DNA of 64,000 nucleotides from the human T2T-CHM13v2.0 reference genome, Homo sapiens, in assembly GCF_009914755.1 (NCBI RefSeq), contig NC_060925.1, one strand, 5' to 3'. Both the position numbers and the translations under genes were made by a program. Shown piece by piece: positions 40,190 to 54,306 of this stretch (the stretch's first letter is position 1; each line of letters begins with the position of its first letter). The notes under the pieces were generated by a model that did no database searches, had not been told where the DNA came from, and saw only the letters and a program-made list of their open reading frames with translations.

Positions 40190-42258
40190 TTCTAGTTAAT
40201 GCTTGCATCACTTGGGTAATTGTAGACAGTCTTCCCATTGGTTTCCTTGCTGCTATTCACTCTAAAACTAATCAATTAATCATACTGATGTCAAAATCTC
40301 TTTCTCTCTCAAATTCTAGCAAATTCCATCTAATTCTTCAAGGTCCAGATTACCTGCAACCATAAATTTAGGAACTAAAGATAACACAGGTGAGCAAAAT
40401 AAGCCAGATTCTTTTTCTCACAGCTTTTGTTCTCTATTTTAGAGCAGATAGGCCATCAATAAGCAATGATATAACTGTGTAATCTGTACCTTGACAGGTA
40501 TGATAATCTAGACAAACTGTCTAGATTTAAATACTAGCTCCATTCTATGCCAACTGTGTAACTATGAGACATTTACTAACTTTTAACCTCAGTTTTCTTA
40601 TCTCTACTATGGTTTTAGTCATTAAATGAGATCACTCATGTCAAACACGTGATATTATGTCTGGCGCATACAAAATAGATTTAAGCAATAATTATAGAGA
40701 AATTATAACTTTGGAAATAGTGAGCAGAAATATTTAGGTTTGCCTTCAGTGTTGTGGAATAACTGGTATGACTGATGTTTACACTGAAATCCAAGGGTAG
40801 GCTATCAATAAGAAAAGGAACAGTGTTCTGGGAACTGGGATAGGTACATGCAAAAATTTGGAGGAAGAAAATTTTCTAATTCCCTGAATGCTAAATAATT
40901 GCTGTCATCTCTGTGCTCCCTATAGTACTATATTTATACTGCTAATATACCTGTTAACACATCATGTTACAGTTGTGCTTTTGAGGATATGGCTTGGTCT
41001 TACATTTTCATCTTTATATTCCCAGCACTTATAAGAGGCGTAACACATAACACAAATGCTCAAAAAAATTTGTTTCGTAAAAGCCCGCAAAAGTCAAACA
41101 GCATGATCTTTTGAATCAAAAAAAGCCTAGGCTTAATATCAGGTCTGCCATTAAAAGGTGGATGACTTTGAACACATTAAATGACTTCTCTGACCCGTGA
41201 GTGACTCAGCTCTCAAATGTGGAAAGGAACACCTGCTACACAGATTTGTAAGACTTAATTACAGAGCACAGGAAAAACTTTTGTTGTGTCTGCACATAGT
41301 AGGTATTATTGATAATGAAGCTTTTATAAATTTGGACTCAGGGTAATAGCACAAACTCTTTTAGAGGTAAACTGAGCAACTGAGAGATACCAGCTGACTT
41401 CACAAACATGCAGTTCAGGTAAACGGACTAAATATCCAGGTTTTATGCCTACTTCTTTTCATTTTATCCAACAAATATTTATGGAGTGTCTATTCTGTGG
41501 TGGGTACCTGACGAGGTGCCAAGAAATTTGTGTTGAGCAAGACATGTCCAACCCCTGCCTTCTTGGAGCATACAGTTTAACACAACATGATTGTCTAGCA
41601 TATCATGCATTTTGTCTGAGATAATTTTTTAAGCAATGTGTAAGTAGCCTGTGTAGTCCCTTACTTAGAGTAAGCGAACTCTGAGTGTCTTTAATTGAGA
41701 AGGTACTGAGTAGAGCCAGAAGTGGCATATTTAATTAAACTGGGCCAACAAGAATGAGTATTTGTTTTGTTTTTGTTTTTTTTTCTGCTTATATTCCCAG
41801 GAAGTAGCCAATACAAGTACACTGATTACTCACTCTGGCATCAATCCCACCATGTAAGGCCTTGACCTTATTAAAATCACCTTCCCTTCTACTATGCAGG
41901 TTTCTCTGTACCTCCTTCTCACTATTCTCTACATGTGATAATCTGATAATAAACTAATTAATAAATATCATTTGAATAATATATGTCATAAAAAAGTAAA
42001 GATCAAATAAAAATAGGTAAGAATGATAATGGCCACTCTTAACTTTCTTTTTACCACAATCTAGGCATTTTATATTACTCCTAGTCCTCAAAAACTATCA
42101 CAATTTAGAAATTATTTAATTCATTTTGCACATAGAAAACTAAGTCTCAGAGAGGTTATCTGGCTAAACTCATTTACTGGGTGAGAGACTACACTTGAAT
42201 TGTAGTATAGATTCACCTGAGCCTGAAACCCACGCACTCTCCATGGTGCAACATCTCC

Positions 42259-42987
42259 TGTGAGAGGCAGAATAATGGTCCCCAAAATGTTCACATCCCA
42301 ATTTCCAGAACCTGTGAATATGTTACCTTACATGGCAAAGGGGAATTAAGTTTTCATGTGGAATTATATTGGATGATCTGGGTAGCCTAATGTAATCACA
42401 GAAGCCTTTAAAAATGGGTGAGGGAAGTAGAAGATTAGGTAAGAGTACACTTCCACCAATGGTAACTAAGAGTATTATTTTGCTGTAGTCTTTTTAATGT
42501 GATGGGTAGAATCAACCTTGCTTATCACTGTTAATCTGTCAGGAATAGAATGGATACTAGTTACTTTAACATGTATTTATTTAATTAGACATTAATTCTT
42601 TCAACAAGTGCTTGTCAACAAATATATTTTTCAATAAAAGCAATTTTTATGAGATAAGATGTGATGTGGGGACTCAGCCCACTTTTGTTAGCTTTGAAGT
42701 TGGAGAAAAAGGCCACAGACTAAGAAATGCAGGCAACCTCCAGAAGCTGGAAAAAGAAAATAGATTCTTCCCTAGAGTTTCCTGAAAGGAACACAGCCCT
42801 ACTGACATGGCAATTTTAGCCCAGTGTGAAGGTTAATTTTATTTGTGTCTCTAGACAATATAGACTAACACACTGTGAGACCCATGTCAGGCTTCTGGTC
42901 TACAGGTATTGTAAGATAATAAATTTATATGGTTTAAGTAGCTAAGTTTAAGGTACTCTGTTATGGCAGCAATAGAAAACTAGTACA
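42259..42987 (+). mobile_element. MLT1D/E solo LTR carrying two foreign inserts; the L1 sits at its 3' end
   Basis: GGCAGAATAATGGTCCCC...GAACCTGTGAATATGTTACCTTACATGGCAAAG...GCAGCAATAGAAAACTAGTACA. Confidence 0.87.
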
Positions 42988-42989
42988 CC

Positions 42990-43896
42990 GGAGGAGGAGC
43001 CAAGATGGCCGAATAGGAACAGCTCCGGTCAACAGCTCCCAGCGTGAGCGACGCAGAAGACGGGTGATTTCTGCATTTCCATCTGAGGTACGGGGTTTAT
43101 CTCACTAGCGAGTGCCAGACAGTGGGCTCAGGCCAGTGGGTGCGCGCACCCTGCGCGAGCCGAAGCAGGGCGAGGCATTGCCTCACTTGGGAAGCACAAG
43201 GGGTCAGGGAGTTCCCTTTCCGAGTCAAAGAAAGGGGTGCCAGACGGCACCTGGAAAATCGGGTCACTCCCACCCGAATATTGCGCTTTTCAGACCGGCT
43301 TAAAAAACGGCGCACCACGAGATTATATCCCACACCTGGCTCGGAGGGTCCTAGGCCCACGGAATCTCGCTGACTACTAGCACAGCAGTCTGACATCAAA
43401 CTGCAAGGCGGCAGCCAGGCTGGGGGAGGGGCGCCTGCCATTGCCCAGGCTTGCTTAGGTAAACAAAGCAGCCAGGAAGCTCGAACTGGGTGGAGCCCAC
43501 CACAGCTCAAGGAGGCCTGCCTGCCTCTGTAGGCTCCACCTCTGGGGGCAGGGCACAGACAAATAAAAAGACAGCAGTAACCTCTGCAGACTTAAGTGTC
43601 CCTGTCTGACAGCTTTGAAGAGAGCAGTGGTTCTCCCAGCACGCAGCTGGAGATCTGAGAACGGGCAGACTGCCCCCTCAAGTGGGTCCCTGACCCCTGA
43701 CCCCCGAGCAGCCTAACTGGGAGGCACCCCCCAGCAGGGGCACACTGACACCTCACAAGGCAGGGTATTCCAACAGACCTGCAGCTGAGGGTCCTGTCTG
43801 TTAGAAGGAAAACTAACGAACAGAAAGGATATCCACACCAAAAACCCATCTGTACATCACCATCATCAAAGACCAAAAGTAGATAAAACCACAAAG
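42990..43896 (+). promoter_or_regulatory. L1 5' UTR: internal sense promoter and antisense promoter
   Basis: Intact YY1 motif CAAGATGGCC and CpG-rich sequence; function inferred from established L1 biology. Confidence 0.8.
43097..43441 (-). CDS. L1 antisense ORF0 homolog, 114 aa (expression unknown)
   Basis: ATG at 43441; MAGAPPPAWLPPCSLMSDCCASSQRDSV...; both internal CAG|GT donors are present. Confidence 0.7.
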   Translation of the reverse strand: MAGAPPPAWLPPCSLMSDCCASSQRDSVGLGPSEPGVGYNLVVRRFLSRSEKRNIRVGVTRFSRCRLAPLSLTRKGNSLTPCASQVRQCLALLRLAQGARTHWPEPTVWHSLVR

Positions 43897-44880
43897 ATGG
43901 GGAAAAAACAGAACAGAAAAACTGGAAACTCAAAAACGCAGAGCGCCTCTCCTCCTCCAAAGGAACGCAGTTCCTCACCAGCAACGGAACAAAGCTGGAT
44001 GGAGAATGACTTTGACGAGCTGAGAGAAGAAGGCTTCAGACGATCAAATTACTCTGAGCTACGGGAGGACATTCAAACCAAAGGCAAAGAAGTTGAAAAC
44101 TTTGAAAAAAATTTAGAAGAATGTATAACTAGAATAACCAATACAGAGAAGTGCTTAAAGGAGCTGATGGAGCTGAAAACCAAGGCTCCAGAACTACGTG
44201 AAGAATGCAGAAGCCTCAGGAGCCGATGCGATCAACTGGAAGAAAGGTTATCAGCAATGGAAGATGAAATGAATGAAATGAAGCGAGAAGGGAAGTTTAG
44301 AGAAAAAAGAATAAAAAGAAATGAGCAAAGCCTCCAAGAAATATGGGACTATATGAAAAGACCAAATCTACGTCTGATTGGTGTACCTGAAAGTGATGGG
44401 GAGAATGGAACCAAGTTGGAAAACATTCTGCAGGATATTATCCAGGAGAACTTCCCCAGTCTAGCAAGGCAGGCCAACGTTCAGATTCAGGAAATACAGA
44501 GAACGCCACAAAGATACTCCTCGAGAAGAGCAACTCCAAGACACATAATTGTCAGATTCACCAAAGTTGAAATGAAGGAAAACATGTTAAGGGCAGCCAG
44601 AGAGAAAGGTCGGGTTACCCTCAGAGGGAAGCCCATCAGACTAACAGCAGATCTCTCGGCAGAAACCCTACAAGCCAGAAGAGAGTGGGGGCCAATATTC
44701 AACATTCTTAAAGAAAAGAATTTTCAACCCAGAATTTCATATCCAGCCAAACTAATCTTCATAAGTGAAGGAGAAATAAAATACTTCACAGACAAGCAAA
44801 TGCTGAGAGATTTTGTCACCACCAGGCCTGCCCTAAAAGAGCTCCTGAAGGAAGCGCTAAACATGGAAAGGAACAACTAA
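43897..44880 (+). CDS. L1 ORF1p, 327 aa (11 aa short of the canonical 338)
   Basis: Coiled-coil, RRM and CTD sequence with REKG and ARR motifs; premature TAA at 44878-44880; canonical stop at 44911-44913. Confidence 0.9.
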   Translation: MGKKQNRKTGNSKTQSASPPPKERSSSPATEQSWMENDFDELREEGFRRSNYSELREDIQTKGKEVENFEKNLEECITRITNTEKCLKELMELKTKAPELREECRSLRSRCDQLEERLSAMEDEMNEMKREGKFREKRIKRNEQSLQEIWDYMKRPNLRLIGVPESDGENGTKLENILQDIIQENFPSLARQANVQIQEIQRTPQRYSSRRATPRHIIVRFTKVEMKENMLRAAREKGRVTLRGKPIRLTADLSAETLQARREWGPIFNILKEKNFQPRISYPAKLIFISEGEIKYFTDKQMLRDFVTTRPALKELLKEALNMERNN

Positions 44881-44949
44881 TACCAGCCACTGCAAAATTA
44901 TGCCAAAATGTAAAGACCATCGAGACTAGGAAGAAACTGCATCAACTAA

Positions 44950-48800
<3,851 letters not shown>

Positions 48801-49550
48801 ACAATGAGATCACATGGACACAGGAAGGGGAATATCATACTCTGGGGACTGTGGTGGGGTGGGGGGAGGGGGGAAGGATAGCATTGGGAGATATACCTAA
48901 TGCTAGATGACGAGTTAGTGGGTGCAGAGCACCAGCATGGCACATGTATACATATGTAACTAACCTGCACAATGTGCACATGTACCCTAAAACTTAAAGT
49001 ATAATAAAAAAAAAAAAAAGAAAACTAGTACACCACCTTTGTAGGCACAAAATGATTAAAAAATATATGCCAGAAAATGATAGAGTTACATCTTATCATC
49101 CTGTTGGAAAGTACTTTAGAGCTTCAGAACTTAGAAAAAAGATGCATTCAGTATCAATTTTGGTACATGAGTAAGACTTCATGTAGAAATAAAGAATTTT
49201 AAGGATGAATATAAATCAAGGCTTATTAAAATAGAATGTGATTGCATATTATAGCTTGGAGTTATAACTGAAAGGAGAGAAGAGAAGGAAGGAGAAAGAA
49301 ACTAAAAATAGGAAAGGAAAGGAAAAAAAATTCAACTGTGTTTCTTTAAAAAAATAAAGCAGATTCGAGTAACTTATTTTTTTTTAATTATGGAGAAGGA
49401 AGCAGCATGAAAACAAAAATAATAGAGCAAGAAACATCTTTTATCATTGCTTTCAGTTCTGGATCTTTGCATTACATTAATTCAATAGGGAAGTTTTTCT
49501 TCCCCCTATGCCTTATCCAAGCAATCATTTTAGCTTTTTGAAAAATAAAT

Positions 49551-49654
49551 AATACAAATAGTCTTTGTGGAGATCTTGCATTTACTCATGAAAATAATAG
49601 ACAATATAAATAGGCTTTGTGGAGATCTTGCATTTACTCATGAAAATAATAGAC
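49551..49654. repeat. 52-bp tandem duplication (2 copies)
   Basis: 49551-49602 versus 49603-49654, 2 mismatches. Confidence 0.95.
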
Positions 49655-50429
49655 AGATCTGAATTATTTATAAAGCCAATTATTTTTACAAAGACACTGA
49701 ATGGCAGGTAATGGCGAAGGAGGGATTTGCTGGTAATTTAATTTTAAAAAAATTGTGAAGAAATCTGTGCCAGGTTTTAAAACTTAATTAATCTGTGATG
49801 CATTAATAGAAATGCTTGAAAAGAAGCCCATCTGGTGGTAACTTTGATTAAAGTGGGAAAGCTGAAGGCAAATCTAGTATCACAATGCTGCCTGCAAGTC
49901 CTTTTGGGCTTTTGCTTGCAAACAAATGTAAAGATGTGTGATTATATGAACATTATTCTGAATTACATTCCAGGAAAAAAAAAACTGAGCCTCAAAAGTT
50001 AAGAGCTAGAAGGCTTGAAATAAGGTTGCAAAACTCTTAAGGTTTACTAATTTTCCAGAATTCCAGAGAGAAATGGTTTATTCTCACTTGAAACATTCCT
50101 TAGCTTGTCTATTCTTTGTTAGAGATGACTGTTGTGAGTTTTAGAAAACATCTAGCATGATGTCTTTGCAATAACAGCTTTTTGTACTCTTATGTATCTG
50201 TTGATAATTTTGATTAATAAGGTGCTGGAGTCCTTCTAAATTGAAACAGTAAAACAAGCATATGTGGAAAAAGAACTAACAGTACCAATGTGTGCTGAGT
50301 TAAAAGTAAATTTTCCACTATTCCAGACCCCTGCTCCACCTCCCAATGGCAATCAATGTCATCAGTTTCTTAATCAGCTTCCTAAAAATAGTGTGCTTAT
50401 ACACAAACCACTTATCCATTTATTTTACA

Positions 50430-50940
50430 CATTTTTTTTTACAATGAGTAGTATTCTGCATCTTGCTTTTCTCATTTAACAATGCATTTCAGAGATAATT
50501 TGATATCAGTACTTATAGGTTTTACTTCACACTTATCAATAAAGGGAAATTCTTCCATTTAATAGATATATCATAATCTATGTAAGTAGTCTTCTATTGA
50601 TAGGCATTTATATTATTTCCAGGATTTTACCATCACAAAGAACTCCGTAGGGAATGTAGTTGAGCATATGTTTCTGCACTCATATGAGTATGTCTGTGGG
50701 ATACCTTCCTAGAAGTAGACTAGCATGACTAAAGCAAATAGGTGTTTAGCCTTCTAACAGAGATTTCTAAATTGTTCTCCAAGAGGTTGTTCCAATTTAC
50801 ATTTCTGCCAATGATATCTAAGAATATTATTTTGCTGTAGTCTTTTTAATGTGATAGATATGATCAACCTTGCTTATCATTGCTAATCTGTCAGGAATAG
50901 AATGGGCACTCATTACTTTAAAATGTATCTATTTAATTAG
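50430..50940 (-). mobile_element. Ancient L1ME fragment
   Basis: TTCTATTGATAGGCATTTA...TTTCCAG and GGTTGTTCCAATTTACATT antisense-L1M motifs. Confidence 0.7.
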
Positions 50941-53900
50941 AAATTCATTCATTCAACCAGTGCTTGCCAACAAATAAATTTTTCAATCAAAACAATTAAT
51001 ATGAGGTAGATTTTTCCAGTTATCTATTGCTATAGACAACTATCCCAAAATTTAGTAGCTTAAAACATTTTATTACTATTTTATCTCATGATTCTGTGGG
51101 TTGCGATTTCAGAAAGAATGCAGTGGGAACAGCTGGTACCTGTACACAGAGTACAAATACAAACAGTGTTAAGTGCTATAAAATGTATAAAGGAAGATCT
51201 TCATCTGGTCTCTGGGATTAGGGCAAGGTTTCCTTGAGGAACTGAAATTTGAAATGAGATCAGAAAAAAAGGGGAGGAATGGAGTATGTAAAGAGCACCA
51301 GTGCAGACAGCAGGGCTTTAGGGAAAAGGTGGAGTGGGAAGAGAGGGGAGTGATAGGTAAGGCATGTATTTCAGTGAAAAGCTAGAGCATTTACAAATTC
51401 TTTAAAATGGGAGAAGACATGATGGTTCAAGGACCCAAAACAAAGTCAAGTGTCTACAGAGCATAGAGCTAGGAAGGAAGCCACAAAGGCTTTTCTTATG
51501 GGCCATCTTAAAGATTTGAGTCTTTATCCAAAAATCAGTAGGTAATAAATAAATAGGAATTGCCTTCCCACTCCAGGCTCTTGGTTTATTACTGTGTCCT
51601 CTCTCAACAATCCAGACTCTGCCCATGGTTCAGGCTCCTGTGACAATGTCTTCCTCCCATCCTTTCCCATTTATTTCCATTTATTTATGGAAATAAATCA
51701 GGCAAAGGATTTGAGATGCTGGAAGGTTTCTCTTTCCGATGGTTACCCTATTAGGAGTTAGTGCAGGGAAAAGAAACAATTCCATGTCTTTCTAGAAGTA
51801 AGGGATTTAATGTAAGGAATTAGGTGCTTATAAAATGATTGGAGGGTCTATGGAGAAGCAAAGTCAGGAGGTCTGCTAGTGAACTACTGATTGCAAGATC
51901 TAGCTCCTGCAGTTGAAAACCATCAAGACTCTACGGGTACTGCAGTCACAGTCACAGCTGCCTCACACCCATGGAACACCAGAGCAAAGAGTACAGTCAT
52001 CTCCATCATGGACATGTGTTGGAACTTTGGGGAAATGACCCCACATGCTTTCCACTTCCCAAATCTTGAATGAGTACATTTCATTGAAAGAAACCTAATT
52101 GCATACACAATCCTATTTGCAAGACAGCCAGTGCTAAGTGGTTTTCTAGCTTGTAATTGCTGAACTATATGAAAGGCAGCGGGAATAAATGCTGAGAACC
52201 AACAGATAAGGTCCAGTACGTTCACTGAACCCCTCTTTCCTGAGAGAAACCTTAAGAAATAAGCAAGGGATGAGAAATGAGGAATGAACCATAGTAAATG
52301 CTCAATGATTTTCAGTAATAATTGAGCTGTGGTCCGGGGAGATAAAAATTCAAAATGCCTGATACTGTGTTGGTCATTGTATGTACTTTTCGGATGAATG
52401 TCCCCAACAGATAGCACCTTGTTTCTCTAATCTGTTTGCAAAGAAGTTGAAAAATATTACAAAAAGTAAACATGGAGATCAAAATGTTTCATTCACAATT
52501 CACTAAAAGGTGAACTTTTATGTGTAGGATTATGTTACAGATGTGTTATGTATGATAGTCTTTTCCATTATAACCAGAACTTTGATTCTTTTTCCAGTGT
52601 ATGTAATTATTAAAGTAATGTATCTAATTACCTTACCAGGTTTTGAGAAATAGTGTAATTGCCTGCAACTGAATATATCATAGTGGAGCAAACATGGTAA
52701 TTATAATGAGAAAATGTGAGTTATCGTTCTTGTCACTTTCTTAAAAACTCACAACCTTTTGGTACTTCAATTTCCTTACATGTGAAAATAGAATTTTGGG
52801 GTTAAAAAATTTCCCAGGTACATCCTCTAAAAGTCTACTTTATTATTTTGTAATTTTATGAATTCAGTAACTCGAGTTGGATGCAGGCATAATCATACTG
52901 AATCTTCCATTTTAGTTTGAAGTCTAGGAGCTACTTAGAAACTTTGAACTACTCTTCTTTTGTAGTTTGTTTTCTTTAGGTTTCTCTTTATAGGTTTCTC
53001 TCCACATCTCACTACACAGATTCTTTTTCATCCCTGAGGTAAAAAAACAATCAGTACATTATACTTGTTTCTCAAGAGGAAAGTTTGCAGTATTGGAAAC
53101 ATCCCTTTAAATCACCCTATGTAAACATTCCCAGTGAGCAGAATGTCCGGTAATTCAGCATCCATAGCATAGTCTTCTTAAAATCTGTCACTGGTAGTTT
53201 GCAAATACCATGAGAGCAGTTGAGGGCCAAGTCCTCATTCAAGACAATGTAACCATTTTGACCTACAAGGACTCCATCCACGTACATTCATTCAACTTTC
53301 TCTGAAGACTCTTGTGTCACAAACAAGAGATCTCTGCAGCGTGAGGCTTCCTATTTGAAAAACCAATTTCATGAACAATAAAATTTCACATTTTTTGGTT
53401 CTTACCAATTACAATTGCTTGAAATGGATGCTGGGTTTTCATGAGCTGCTTTTTTAAAATACAAAGAACGAAGGCTTCCCAGGCATTGCTAGAGGTACCA
53501 GCTGTGGTCCTGCTGTGAGGACTTGTATAGGGCTGTCTTGTTCTATAAAAGACAGTAAAAAAATTTGAATTTGTATTGGGCATTTTTCCCTTCCAGCTTC
53601 AGAGTTATTTTATTTTTTTCTTAATGCAAATTTTTATGTTGATGCTTCTTCTATCTTTATATCCTTTTTTGACCATTGGAGCAATTTATTGAATGTCAAT
53701 CTTTCTGGAAAGATTTTTGTCTTTCTAGAATTAACATGCTGAGTCAGAAGCTGTCCTATATATCCACCAAGCATAAACATCAAGATGCCTGACTATGTCA
53801 AGCTTACTCTGTAAGAGGAAGCTATAAGTCCAAATGCCTATCAATATTCTTATCTCTTTTCTAATGGGATATCTTATTTTTCTGCTGTATTAACTTTCCT

Positions 53901-53999
53901 TTTCAGATGTCTGAGGTTGTATGACATTACTAATTCTACCTATTATAACTCAGTGTGTCTGTTTATCTGTAATGTCATTACAAGTTTACCTGCAATGTC

Positions 54000-54306
54000 A
54001 CCCATATGATGGTATTTGAAGATGGGGCTTTTAGGAGATAACTAGGTTATGAGGGTGGAACCTCATTAAGGGGATTAGTGTCCTTACAAGAAGAGGCAAG
54101 GAACTACCTCAGTCTCCTTCCACCGTGCAATGATGCAAGAAGTCAGCTATGTGCAATCTGAAAGAGATCCCTCACCAGAACCTGACCATGGTATCACCAT
54201 GATCTCTTACTTCCAGCCTCCAGAACTGTAAAAAATACATTTCTGTTGTTGATCAGCCACCTATGCTATGGTATTTTGTTATAGCTGCCCAATCTGACTA
54301 AGATAC
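54000..54306 (+). mobile_element. MLT1A-type LTR, 5'-truncated
   Basis: TGATGGTATTTGAAGATGGGGC...CTTCCAGCCTCCAGAACTGT...GGTATTTTGTTATAGC...GACTAAGATA. Confidence 0.85.

Noticed and set aside
48845-48878. G-quadruplex as a novel element
   Set aside because: This is the standard L1 3' UTR polypurine tract.
49551-49654. CRISPR-like array
   Set aside because: Only two adjacent copies with no spacers, in a eukaryotic context.
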